Shown: positions 18,540 through 28,249 of the stretch, in pieces
How positions within the stretch are numbered: position 1 is the stretch's first letter
How the letters are laid out: each line of letters begins with the position of its first letter
NCBI GenBank assembly: GCA_963675295.2
Contig: CAXXKJ010000002.1
Location: forward strand, 3,840,001 to 3,904,000
Reading direction: 5' to 3'
From: a bacterium
Lineage (GTDB): Bacteria; Electryoneota; Electryoneia; Electryoneales; Electryoneaceae
Length of the DNA: 64,000 nt
Translations under genes and position numbers: made by a program
The notes under the pieces: generated by a model
Told to the model about the DNA's origin: nothing
The model's input: only the letters and a program-made list of their open reading frames with translations
Database searches by the model: none

Positions 18540-19583
18540 ATGGACCTGCTGACCGGAATTCCGGCCTTCGCCGCCGTGCTCGCGGCGGGCGTGGTGCTCG
18601 CGCTGTGGACAGCGTGGTTCGCGTCCCGCGTGCGCCGCTGGGCGTTGCAGGAGAATCTGCTGGACGTGCCCAACGAACGGTCCGGCCACACGAAAGCGGT
18701 GCCACGTGTCGGCGGGCTGTCGATCGTGCTCACCGTCCTGCTCGGGCTGCTCGCCTTCGGGCTGCTGATCCCGCTGGAGACGCCGTGGTTCTGGATTCTC
18801 TACGTCAGCGGCACGTTGATCATCGGCGCCGGGCTGATCGACGACCTGGCGCACCTCTCCGCCCGCACCCGCTTCATCATTCACATCGTCGCGGCAGTGG
18901 TGATCGTCTTGTGGATCGGCAACGAGCTGACCATCGTCTTTCCCCGCGCGGTGAATGTGACCGGTCCGGTGGCGTTGATCGGGATCGTGGTGTTCGTCGT
19001 CTGGAACATCAACGCGTACAACTTCATGGACGGGATCGACGGCCTCGCGGCGGCGCAGGCGGTGGTCGTCGGGCTGGTACTCGGTGGAATCGCGTGGTTC
19101 AACGGGAACGCGCCGCTCGCGCTGACCTGGCTGCTGGTGGCGTCCGCCTCGGCCGGATTCCTGCGTTGGAACTGGATGCCGGCGAAGATCTTCATGGGCG
19201 ACCTCTGCAGCGGCTTTCTCGGGATTACGTTCGCCGTTCTTGCGTTGTGGGGCAAGCTGACGGAAACCGTGCCGACCACCGCGTTTCTCATCCTGATGGC
19301 GATTTTCTACACCGATCCGGCCCTGACCGTTCTCTTCCGTCTCTTCGCCGGGAAGAACATTTTCCAGGCTCACCGCGACTTCGGCTTCCACCACGCGGTG
19401 CGCAAAGGCTACAGCCACGGCCGGGTCACAACCGCGATTCTGCTGATCGAAGTCCTGTACCTCACCCCGCTTGCGATCACCGCGACGGTACTCGCGTCCA
19501 CCTGGTCGCTGCTCACCTTGGCGGCCGCCTACCTCCCCACAATCGCGCTCGCTCTGTACTGGAAGGCCGGGCGCGAAATGTGA
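18540..19583 (+). CDS. MraY/WecA-family (Glycos_transf_4) polyprenyl-phosphate HexNAc-1-P transferase
   Basis: DVPNERSGH, PRVGG, GLIDD, NAYNFMDGIDGL, KIFMGD; multiple TM segments. Confidence 0.92.
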   Translation: MDLLTGIPAFAAVLAAGVVLALWTAWFASRVRRWALQENLLDVPNERSGHTKAVPRVGGLSIVLTVLLGLLAFGLLIPLETPWFWILYVSGTLIIGAGLIDDLAHLSARTRFIIHIVAAVVIVLWIGNELTIVFPRAVNVTGPVALIGIVVFVVWNINAYNFMDGIDGLAAAQAVVVGLVLGGIAWFNGNAPLALTWLLVASASAGFLRWNWMPAKIFMGDLCSGFLGITFAVLALWGKLTETVPTTAFLILMAIFYTDPALTVLFRLFAGKNIFQAHRDFGFHHAVRKGYSHGRVTTAILLIEVLYLTPLAITATVLASTWSLLTLAAAYLPTIALALYWKAGREM

Positions 19584-19862
19584 CTCCGCTCACTCACTTT
19601 TTTGCTGCTTTACGCTACCTTTTAGCGTTTCAGCATTGCATACTAGCCGAGGTACAAGGGGAGAACCTGATTCGTTTCTTGCACGGCACTCATGGTTCTG
19701 CAATCTGAGACCGTTTACTTGGCGCGGAACGGATTACACAGGGTGATCGCATGATTTTGTCGATGGCGTTTCGTCGTCTGGTCAATTTCCTTTTCCGGAT
19801 TGATCCGCTTCCCAACTGATGGGTCACGACGGCGAAGCACGGGAATAGGTTGTACTTCAGAG

Positions 19863-19894
19863 CGAACCGCCCGGCCAGCAGGCCGGGCGGTTCG
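19863..19894 (-). terminator. strong hairpin downstream of hsp20
   Basis: cgaaccgcccggcc-agca-ggccgggcggttcg, 14-bp stem, weak T-tract. Confidence 0.55.
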
Positions 19895-19947
19895 TGGTTT
19901 CGGTCAGGCGTGGTCAGCACCTGAATTGGGTGTGGGTCAGATCCGGA

Positions 19948-20388
19948 TCAGGAACCCTGAATCGCGATCTTCTTCGGCTTCTTCTGTTCCGCTTTCGGCA
20001 GGCTGAGGCTCAGCACACCGTCCTTGAACGAAGCCTTGATTTTATCCGTGTTCACGGAGTTGTTGAGGCGGAAGCTGCGGACGAAACGGCCATGGGCGCG
20101 TTCCATCACACGGACGGCATCCTTCGAATCCTCCCGTTCCAGCTTCCGTTCACCGCTGATCCGCAGTTCACCGTCCTCGAGGGTGATATCGATATCATCC
20201 CGTTTCATACCGGGGAGATCGGCGGTCAGCGTATACTCGTTGTCGCTCTCGAGGATATCGACACGGGGCGACCAGACGGTCTGCACGACTTCATCGTTCT
20301 CTTCGTTCCACATCCGCTTCCACAGTTCATCGAACACGTTATCGGTGCGGAACATCGAGTGCATCGGGGTCCAACGTACGAGGCTCAT
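19948..20388 (-). CDS. Hsp20/alpha-crystallin small heat-shock protein
   Basis: WSPRVDILE, ADLPG, ERAHGRFVRSFRL, ASFKDGVLSLSLPK; GGAGG RBS. Confidence 0.95.
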   Translation of the reverse strand: MSLVRWTPMHSMFRTDNVFDELWKRMWNEENDEVVQTVWSPRVDILESDNEYTLTADLPGMKRDDIDITLEDGELRISGERKLEREDSKDAVRVMERAHGRFVRSFRLNNSVNTDKIKASFKDGVLSLSLPKAEQKKPKKIAIQGS

Positions 20389-20483
20389 GGTTCGTCCTCC
20401 TCTTTTTGTGTTGTTTGTTGATCTCTGTTTTCGGTCGCGGCGGCGGTGTGTTCACGCCAGGCGTCGCAACTCGCGAAGTTGAA

Positions 20484-20501
20484 ATGCAACGGCTGTGCCA
20501 A
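20484..20501 (-). promoter_or_regulatory. sigma54 (-24/-12) promoter for hsp20
   Basis: Minus strand reads TTGGCACAGCCGTTGCAT (GG-N10-GC), about 95 bp upstream of the ATG. Confidence 0.8.
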
Positions 20502-21049
20502 TTCGAGTAGTGACAGGATAAAGTCCAGTTATGGAAACAAGATCGGCGTCTCCGACTTAGAGACGGCAGGGCATATGAGTCCCTGCGCCGTCAATTGTAT
20601 GCCACTTTTGCAGGCATCGGCTTGCCGAATTGACAGCCTCAATTCAAACAATAATCGAGTAACCCGGGGAGTTGATTCTCTCTGGGCCTCAACCCCCGGG
20701 CGTTGCCTCTCCCGAGTTCTTCACTGGTTGCGGCCATTTTTCGCTGAAGTCGGTTCAGGCAAGGTGTTTGGAGCGAGCTAAGAATCGGCCGGGAGCCGCT
20801 GCCGGTGTGTCATCCGTCACTTTCTCGCCAACATTCGCTGCGTAGACTGAGGCAGTTGGAACGCCCTTCCAGGCATGGGCAGCAGCGGTCTCCTCCCGTT
20901 TGCTGAGTGTGGTTTAAGGCACATGAGTCTTAGTTGGAACAAAGTATCTTGTTGTACGTGCAATATCCGAAAAGTTCTCATGAAGAGTGTAAGATTTACA
21001 TATTAGGCAGTAAGAATAAACAGCTTAAATCAAGAGTTGCGAACACGAG

Positions 21050-22579
21050 ATGGACATGCGACAGCACAAGACGACACAGCTTACCGGCACGCGCTCACAG
21101 ACCGGACCTCCGGCGGAGGGTTCTCCCTCCTCCCGTCCGGATTCTGTCGCGGAACTTGACCAGATTTTCAGCGAACCCTATCGCGCGATATTTGAAGCGA
21201 CAGGCAACGCAACAATCATCGCCGACGCAGACACCACGATACGGCTGGCAAACCGGCGTTTCCTGGAGCTGAGCGGCCTGAACCGGGAAGATGTGGAGAA
21301 CGCCTGCAGCTACCTGGATTTCGTAGATCCGTCCGATGTTGATCGGATCACCGGGTATCATAACGCCCGGCGTGAATCTGAAGACGGCATCCCCACCGAG
21401 TACGACTTCACCTTCCTTGGCAAGGACAAGAAGCGGCTGCGTGCTCATTTGACGGTCCAGATGATTCCGGGCACGAAGCTCAGTGTTGTCAGCATTGCGG
21501 ACCTGAGCCGGGTAGAAGAAACTCGTCACCGTCTCAACCAGAGCGAGCAACGCTACAGTACCGTGGCAGAGTACGCTCATGAAATCCTGCTGGTGATGGA
21601 GCCGGACGGCACGATTACGTTTGCGAATCCCGCGGCGTACAAGGCGGCCGGGATCGAAGCGTTGCAGGAACGGTGGGAGAATGTTTACGGCTGGATAAAG
21701 CCCGGCGACCACGAAACGTTCAAACAAACGTTGCAGCAGCGTGTGGACGACGATGCCGAAGCGGAAATCATTGAAGTCGAGATGTGTACTGAAGCCGGTG
21801 GGCTGAGGCCTGTTGAGGTTTCGGTCGTCGCGGTTCCACGTCACTGGCGCGAGCCTGAGTTCCTGGTCATCGCGCGTGATATCACTCGGCAGAAGGAGAT
21901 GATGAACCGGTTGCGGGAAGGGTATGATCATCTCGAGCAGGTGATCGAGTCCGCGAACGCGTTCATTGCTTTTTTCGATCATGACGCCCGATTCACGTTG
22001 ATCAATCAGCGTTTTGCCGATGCGTTGAACCGTCCCCAGAGCGATCTCATGGGACAGCACCCGGCTGGGTTGCTGTCTGAACCGATGGCGAGCTCCGTCG
22101 ATCGGCGGTTGAAGAAAGCCATGCGTGGCAAGCAGGTTTCGTTTGAAGAGAAGATGGAATTCCCGGGCATCGGAAAGCCGCGCTGGTACAACGGTACCTA
22201 CAACCCGATTTTCGACGAACAGGGCAAGCTGCATGGCTTTGTCATGATCATGCTGGATATCACCGCTCAGAAGGAAGCGAGCGAGACACGGCTCGAGCGT
22301 GAACGGCTGGAAATCGCCCGCAAATTGGCGCGGACCGTCGCGCACGAGTTCCGGCAGCCATTGACCGCGCTGCGGTTGATCTCGGAAATCGCGATGATGA
22401 ACAACCGGGATGAAGCTTTCCTACTGCGCAATTTCGACAAGATTCCGGACCTGGTGGACCGCCTGGACGATCTTGTCTCCCGGTTGCTGTTGATCACCGG
22501 CCTGCAGTCGAAACCGTACCTGCAGAATACGGAAATCCTGGATCTCAAGGCTTCCGTCGACCAGGCCAATATCAACTGA
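21050..22579 (+). CDS. cytoplasmic 3xPAS + HisKA protein lacking an HATPase domain
   Basis: Three PAS repeats (…ANRRF, …FANPAA…ARDIT, …INQRF…LDIT); H-box TVAHEFRQPL; stop about 75 aa later. Confidence 0.85.
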   Translation: MDMRQHKTTQLTGTRSQTGPPAEGSPSSRPDSVAELDQIFSEPYRAIFEATGNATIIADADTTIRLANRRFLELSGLNREDVENACSYLDFVDPSDVDRITGYHNARRESEDGIPTEYDFTFLGKDKKRLRAHLTVQMIPGTKLSVVSIADLSRVEETRHRLNQSEQRYSTVAEYAHEILLVMEPDGTITFANPAAYKAAGIEALQERWENVYGWIKPGDHETFKQTLQQRVDDDAEAEIIEVEMCTEAGGLRPVEVSVVAVPRHWREPEFLVIARDITRQKEMMNRLREGYDHLEQVIESANAFIAFFDHDARFTLINQRFADALNRPQSDLMGQHPAGLLSEPMASSVDRRLKKAMRGKQVSFEEKMEFPGIGKPRWYNGTYNPIFDEQGKLHGFVMIMLDITAQKEASETRLERERLEIARKLARTVAHEFRQPLTALRLISEIAMMNNRDEAFLLRNFDKIPDLVDRLDDLVSRLLLITGLQSKPYLQNTEILDLKASVDQANIN

Positions 22580-22611
22580 CCGCCCGGGACCCAGGTTTAC
22601 TGTTGCCCTTC

Positions 22612-22641
22612 GCCCGTGAGACGAATCGTTTCACGGGCTTT
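22612..22641 (+). terminator. intrinsic terminator
   Basis: gcccgtgagacg-aat-cgtttcacgggc-ttt. Confidence 0.7.
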
Positions 22642-22782
22642 CTCATAATATCTGTCTCCGGTATTGTTGCTAAATTGAGTTCTCGTTCGCATTTAGACTG
22701 GCGCGGGGGCCTGTTCTCATCTATGTTATATACAATCACTCAGTGAACACGGTGTTCGCGGTACGCAATCGAAGGAGGATGT

Positions 22783-24000
22783 ATGAAATTGTCTGTGAGA
22801 TTCTTTCGCCCTGCTCTCTTGTTGTATTCCCTGTTGTTTGTTCTGACCTCAACCGCGTTTGCCATCGATCCACCTCAGATTCGCTGGTATCACACCTACG
22901 GCCGCGAGTTCAAGGAAGACGCCCGCATGGTGGTCTCTGACCGGGCCGGGGGATATGTCGCTGCCGGGATGAGCAGCCCGGAAGACACGACCGACGCGAG
23001 CATCTATCTGGTACATGTGGACGGTGTCGGCGAAATCATCTGGGAGCGGTTCTACAATTACGGCTCGCAGACGAAAGCGAAAGACATCAAACGGTTTCCT
23101 GGTGACGGGTATCTGGTAACGGGATACCGTCTGAACAACGACGGGACGGGAATGGATGGTCTCGTGATGCGGCTTAACAATCAGGGCCACCTGATCTGGG
23201 ATTTCATCCTGGAAGGTCCTCGTGATGATGTCGCCTGGCGTTCGTTCCGAGTGGAAGATGGCTACATCACGGTCGGTATTACCGAAAGCACGCCCGGCGA
23301 GCAGAAGGACGCATTCGTCCTGCGACTCAACGAAGACGGCGAGCAGGTGTGGATGCAAACGTTCGGCTCTGAACGGGTCGAACGCGCGACATCGGCGGTG
23401 CTGCTACCCGATGAAGGGCTAGTGCTGGCGGGGTTGACACGAAACAATCCGACCGGCAACGACGACGGCTGGATGTTGCGGATCGATGCTGCCGGTAACA
23501 TCCTTTGGTGGCGACAGTATGGCGGCGAGGAAGATGACGAATTCCACTGGGTCGAGCAGACGGGAGATGGTGGATTCATCCTCTGCGGACGATCAAAATC
23601 CTATCGTCCACCCACCGTAGACTACAACACATGGCTGGTGAAAACCGACGCCGAAGGCAATGAGATATGGAACAACGTTTATGGGCCGTCGTCAGTGTCC
23701 GACTGGGCACAGATGGTACAGATCATTCCGGATGGCTACATCATGACCGGGTCCGCATACTCGGGTGATAATGGCTTCCAGATCGCGCTTGTCCGTGTCA
23801 ATGAGGACGGTGAGCTGGTCTATTTCAGCGGTCGCGGATTTGAAGGCTATGACATCGGGTACGCCATCCGTGTCACACCGGACGGCGGCTACATCATCGC
23901 AGGCAAGATGCTGATGCCGGGGCAGGACTATAACGATCTGATCATCGGACGGACCCGACCGGATGTGACGTTGCCGCGCAACAAGAATATTTTCAAGTAG
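22783..24000 (+). CDS. secreted beta-propeller protein (DGG / GxxxW repeats)
   Basis: AAGGAGG RBS, signal peptide, about 7 repeats such as TGDGGFILCG...WLVKTDAEGNEIW. Confidence 0.85.
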   Translation: MKLSVRFFRPALLLYSLLFVLTSTAFAIDPPQIRWYHTYGREFKEDARMVVSDRAGGYVAAGMSSPEDTTDASIYLVHVDGVGEIIWERFYNYGSQTKAKDIKRFPGDGYLVTGYRLNNDGTGMDGLVMRLNNQGHLIWDFILEGPRDDVAWRSFRVEDGYITVGITESTPGEQKDAFVLRLNEDGEQVWMQTFGSERVERATSAVLLPDEGLVLAGLTRNNPTGNDDGWMLRIDAAGNILWWRQYGGEEDDEFHWVEQTGDGGFILCGRSKSYRPPTVDYNTWLVKTDAEGNEIWNNVYGPSSVSDWAQMVQIIPDGYIMTGSAYSGDNGFQIALVRVNEDGELVYFSGRGFEGYDIGYAIRVTPDGGYIIAGKMLMPGQDYNDLIIGRTRPDVTLPRNKNIFK

Positions 24001-24266
24001 CAACGGGTGGATTTGAGCAGGTCCAGATGAGGTCTCTCCACGAATTCGAGGCAATAGCCTTGAGATTCAGCTAAAACTGACAATTAAGGTGTTAAGAACT
24101 CCTAACTTCTGTTTGTAGTTCGCTGCCAGTTGGTTATGGCAGTGGGCTATTTTGTCTAACTCTGAACTATAGCAAACGTTGCACAATTTGTTTGCTCTGT
24201 TGCAGGTGGCCAGGGTACGCTGTACGTAATCGGCCAGCTGGAATGAACAATCTCAAGGAGTTGTCT

Positions 24267-25523
24267 ATGTCAGCCCCCCGTAGGAAAAGGTTGATTTTCA
24301 CTGGACTCGTTATCGCCGTTGTCGTCGCATTTCCCACTTTCAGCCACGCGCAGCAGCCCCCGGAGATACGTTGGGTGCATCTCATCGGTGGTGAGTTCAA
24401 CGACGATTCCCGCATGCTGATTGATGATGGGAACAACGGAATCGTGGCTGTTGGATTCACCGGGCAGGCTATGGAAGCGGAGTCAAGCTTGTTCTGCGTG
24501 CACGTGGACAGTGCTGGCGCGTTGGTCTGGTATCGTGTTTTCGATTACGGACAAGTAACGAAAGCAAAGGATATCATTCGACTTGACAGTGGTGGCTATC
24601 TCATCACCGGGTACCGGCTCGACAACGATGGAACCGGAATGGATGCGTTGCTGCTCCGTCTGGATGCAAATGGCAACCTGATTTGGGACAGGTTGATCGA
24701 AGGCTCGGAGGATGATGTTGCGTGGCGGTCTTGCCAGGTGCATCAGGGATTTGTGGTGATCGGGATTACCGAGAGCAATCCTACACAGCAGAAAAACTCG
24801 TTCTTTGCGAAGCTCAATATCCAGGGCGAAGTCCAATGGGTCCGCCAGCATGGCAGCGAGTATGCGGATCGGACAACTACGATGACACGGACAGCCGATG
24901 GTGGTTTCGCACTGGCCGGGATGACCCGGAACACATCGAATCAGCTGGACAATGGTTGGCTGGTCCGTACTGATTCCAACGGAAACGTACTCTGGGAACG
25001 CCAGTACGGTGGTGAGCGCACCGATGAATTCCACTGGGTGGAAGCGTTGACGGATGGTGGCTTCATCCTCTGCGGGCGTACAATGTCCAATCATGATCGT
25101 GAGGATTTTGATCACTGGGTGGTGCGTACCGATGCGGATGGAAATGAGCTCGCAAGCTTCAGCGGTGGTGTAAATGAAGCGAACGACTGGGCGCAGATGG
25201 TTCAACCATTGGGAACAGGATTTATCGTGACCGGCCGAGGACATGACGCGCAAAACGGGAAACAGGTTAGCCTTGGTTATTTCACCTCAAACCTGAGTGA
25301 AGTGTACCTTGTGGATCGAGGCTATCCTTCCATTGACATGGCGTATGCCGTGCGTGTGATGGACGATGGCGGGCTGGCGATTTCCGGCAAAGCGACCCAG
25401 CCGGATGCGGAGTTCACGGATTTGTTGATTGCTCGGACCGAACCCCATATCTACTCACCTGAAAACCTGCAACGAGACGGTCAACGCGGAGCCTTCCGGG
25501 TGATCCTAAGCCGCGTGGACTAG
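24267..25523 (+). CDS. secreted beta-propeller protein, tandem paralogue of 22783..24000
   Basis: AAGGAG RBS before ATG 24267; shared blocks TKAKDI, GYRLxNDGTGMD, DDVAWRS, DEFHWVE, DWAQMVQ. Confidence 0.85.
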   Translation: MSAPRRKRLIFTGLVIAVVVAFPTFSHAQQPPEIRWVHLIGGEFNDDSRMLIDDGNNGIVAVGFTGQAMEAESSLFCVHVDSAGALVWYRVFDYGQVTKAKDIIRLDSGGYLITGYRLDNDGTGMDALLLRLDANGNLIWDRLIEGSEDDVAWRSCQVHQGFVVIGITESNPTQQKNSFFAKLNIQGEVQWVRQHGSEYADRTTTMTRTADGGFALAGMTRNTSNQLDNGWLVRTDSNGNVLWERQYGGERTDEFHWVEALTDGGFILCGRTMSNHDREDFDHWVVRTDADGNELASFSGGVNEANDWAQMVQPLGTGFIVTGRGHDAQNGKQVSLGYFTSNLSEVYLVDRGYPSIDMAYAVRVMDDGGLAISGKATQPDAEFTDLLIARTEPHIYSPENLQRDGQRGAFRVILSRVD

Positions 25524-26995
25524 AACTGGAAGTAAATGTAGGCCACACGTTCACTGGGCCACAGCGCGAACAGGGCGAATCCCGCCGTGAAGTAGATCAG
25601 CCAGCGGACAGCGGCGGGGCGTTCATCCAGCCAGCCCGCGAATCCGCCGACGCGGTACGAGAACCAGTGCAGCAGGATAAAGGCGCCCGTGATCACGGCG
25701 ACGAGGAACGGGTTCGCCTGGGCCAGGCCCCACGATCCGAGCGTGAAATCGAAATCGAAGACGATGTACTTCTTGACGGAGTAGATCAGGTCCTGCGTAT
25801 CCTGCACGCGGAAGAAGATGCACGACAACATGCGCAGGTACATGAATAGCAGCCACTTGAACGTGCTGACGGTGAAGACACGGGCACGTGCCCTGCCCCG
25901 CAGCGTCATGCCCCACGGGTCCGGATCGCCGATCGCGGTGCGCCAGCGTGTCGCGCGTTCGATCACCATCACCACGCCGTTGAACAGGCCGTACATGACG
26001 AAATTCCAGCCCGCGCCGTGCCAGATCCCCATCAGCAGCATTGTGATCAGCAGGTTGATGTAGGTTCGGGCAATCCCTTTACGGCTGCCACCGAGCGGAA
26101 AGTAGAGATAGTCACGCACCCAGGTGGAGAGGGAAATATGCCAGCGTGTCCAGAACTCAGAGATGCTGCGTGAGAAATTCGGGTAACGGAAGTTGGCCGG
26201 GATGTGGAAGCCCATCATCCGCGCGACACCGATCGCCATGTCGCTGTAGGCGGAGAAATCGGCATAGATCTGGATTGCGAACGCGAACGCACCCAGCGCG
26301 ATCACCGGGCTCGGCAGGCCCTGCGGCAGGTCGAAGATGAGATCGACCAGCCGTCCCACCTGATCCGCGACCAGCATTTTCTTTACCAGACCGTTCAGAA
26401 AGAGGTGAAATCCGCTGCGCAGGTTGGCGGCTTTCAGGTTGATCACCTTGCCGCGCAGTTGTGGCAGGAAGTCGGTGCTGCGCAGGATCGGTCCGGCGAC
26501 CAGTTGCGGGAAAAAGGCGACATAGGTGGCGAAACGGACGACGGACCGTTCGGCCTCGGTGACCCCGCGGTAAACGTCGATGGTGTAGCTCATCGACTGG
26601 AAGGTGTAGAACGAAATGCCGACCGGCAGCAGAACGTTCAGGTACGGCAAGGCGGCGGTGACGCCGAGTTGTTGCAGGCCGACGTTGATCTCACCGGCGA
26701 AAAAGTTGAAGTACTTGAAGGTGCCGAGCAGGCCGAGGTTGGTGATGACGCTGAACCACAGCCATTTCTTGCGTTTCCGGTCGCCCAGCTCGCGCAGGCC
26801 CATGCGGTAGCCGGAAACGTAATCGACCAAGGTCGATCCCACAATCAGCAGGATGTAGAGCGGATTCCACCACATATAGAACACGTACGACGCGGCGAGC
26901 AGCATAAACAGTTGCAGCGTGTGCGTGCGCAGCAGGATGATCAGCACCAGCACGACAGCGAGCAAGACACCGAAGTCGAGAGTCTGGAAGAGCAT
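25520..26995 (-). CDS. algI: MBOAT O-acyltransferase, AlgI/DltB/PatA-like
   Basis: LPVGISFYTFQSMSYTIDVYRG, FFPQLVAGPI, EFWTRWHISLSTW, GIWHGA. Confidence 0.92.
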   Translation of the reverse strand: MLFQTLDFGVLLAVVLVLIILLRTHTLQLFMLLAASYVFYMWWNPLYILLIVGSTLVDYVSGYRMGLRELGDRKRKKWLWFSVITNLGLLGTFKYFNFFAGEINVGLQQLGVTAALPYLNVLLPVGISFYTFQSMSYTIDVYRGVTEAERSVVRFATYVAFFPQLVAGPILRSTDFLPQLRGKVINLKAANLRSGFHLFLNGLVKKMLVADQVGRLVDLIFDLPQGLPSPVIALGAFAFAIQIYADFSAYSDMAIGVARMMGFHIPANFRYPNFSRSISEFWTRWHISLSTWVRDYLYFPLGGSRKGIARTYINLLITMLLMGIWHGAGWNFVMYGLFNGVVMVIERATRWRTAIGDPDPWGMTLRGRARARVFTVSTFKWLLFMYLRMLSCIFFRVQDTQDLIYSVKKYIVFDFDFTLGSWGLAQANPFLVAVITGAFILLHWFSYRVGGFAGWLDERPAAVRWLIYFTAGFALFALWPSERVAYIYFQF

Positions 26996-28168
26996 CTAGC
27001 GTCCCCCGCCCGTGTCGCCGGTTCCGGTCCCGGAGGGGACACTTTCGGAGAAAGTGTCCCCTCTGGCACCGTCCACGTCGCCGGTTTCGCTGCTGCCAGT
27101 ACGAACCATCTCGCCGAGATCCGTTGCCAGTTTTTCCGACCATTTGATCCGGCCCGGTTCGTACGGGTGGACGTGGTCGGCGTAATCGGACTCATCGAGC
27201 AGCGTGCGATGGTCGAGCAGCGGCGTGTTGGTACGATCGGCCAAGGCGCTCAGCTGCGTCATCACGCGCTCGGTTTCCTCGTCGCCGAACGCACGGGCCA
27301 GGCGTGGGTTGACCGGCGCGACCACCATCGCGCAGCTCACATCCTTGTCCGCGAACCAGCCGATCAGTTCGTCGATCATCGCGATCTGCTCGTCCATCGC
27401 CTGTTGATCCTGGGCGGAAGCCTTGTTCACCTTGTCGGTGATCCAGCGTTCGGTGGAGGCATCTGAAACGCGGGTTTTGCGCACCCACGGGTTCTTGAAG
27501 TTGGTGGTGTAGCCATCGTAGCGCAGCCCCGGCTTCGAGACTTCGCGCATGTACATATCGAACGCGCCGATGGGAAAGACGCGGAAGTCGAGCAGGCTGG
27601 CGATGTCGGATTTATCCAGCGCGGCCAGCTGTTCCGGGGTGAAGTATTGTGCGAAGCGGTCGTGCGCGGCGGGAGTGAAGAAATTCCAGTACTCGGCGAT
27701 GGCCATCCCTTCTTCGGGTATTTTCTGCAGGCCGGTGACGCCGGTAAGGTCAATGGTCATGATGACCCAGGCGGGCTGGGTTTGCCGGAGGGCGTCCGCG
27801 ATCAGCATCCACTGCGGCGCGCCGGCGCCCATCAACGCGAGGTTGTAGCTCTGGGTGCCGTCGGGCAAGACCGGGTCGATCATCGTGCAGTCGACGCCTT
27901 CGAGTAGTACGGAGGAGCCGAGGAAATAGAGGTCGCCGGTGTGACTTTCCGCGGCCTGATCAGTGAGGAACTCGTGCACTTCGACGAGGCGGGCGCGGGT
28001 AACCGGCATCACACGGAGATCCACCACCAGCCAGTGGATGACGAGGAGAAACGCGACTCCGGCGAGCAGCGTGAAGAACAGTCCGTCAACCAGCGCGAGC
28101 AGCGCGCGCAGGTTGGCCGAACGCGGAGTCGGTGATGTGGTGTTGGCTTCGATGCGTTCCGCCGGCAT
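26996..28168 (-). CDS. membrane-anchored SGNH-like partner (AlgJ/DltD-like)
   Basis: N-terminal TM, FLGSS block I, C-terminal DHVH (DxxH); its stop abuts the MBOAT ATG. Confidence 0.7.
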   Translation of the reverse strand: MPAERIEANTTSPTPRSANLRALLALVDGLFFTLLAGVAFLLVIHWLVVDLRVMPVTRARLVEVHEFLTDQAAESHTGDLYFLGSSVLLEGVDCTMIDPVLPDGTQSYNLALMGAGAPQWMLIADALRQTQPAWVIMTIDLTGVTGLQKIPEEGMAIAEYWNFFTPAAHDRFAQYFTPEQLAALDKSDIASLLDFRVFPIGAFDMYMREVSKPGLRYDGYTTNFKNPWVRKTRVSDASTERWITDKVNKASAQDQQAMDEQIAMIDELIGWFADKDVSCAMVVAPVNPRLARAFGDEETERVMTQLSALADRTNTPLLDHRTLLDESDYADHVHPYEPGRIKWSEKLATDLGEMVRTGSSETGDVDGARGDTFSESVPSGTGTGDTGGGR

Positions 28169-28186
28169 GGACGTGCACGAGTAATT

Positions 28187-28217
28187 CTGGGCGAACTGAC
28201 AATTTCAGTTCGCCCAG
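28187..28217. terminator. 13-bp-stem hairpin between genes
   Basis: ctgggcgaactga-caatt-tcagttcgcccag. Confidence 0.5.
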
Positions 28218-28249
28218 TTTACACTCCGCAATCGCCGTGAACAAGGGAC

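Noticed and set aside
17861-19708. 615-aa ORF overlapping the MraY/WecA-family gene
   Set aside because: Mostly out-of-frame overlap and translated repeats; only a short internal stretch looks coding and is reported separately.
25520-25523. Convergent genes sharing a CTAG double stop
   Set aside because: A real overlap but a common compact arrangement with no further signal.
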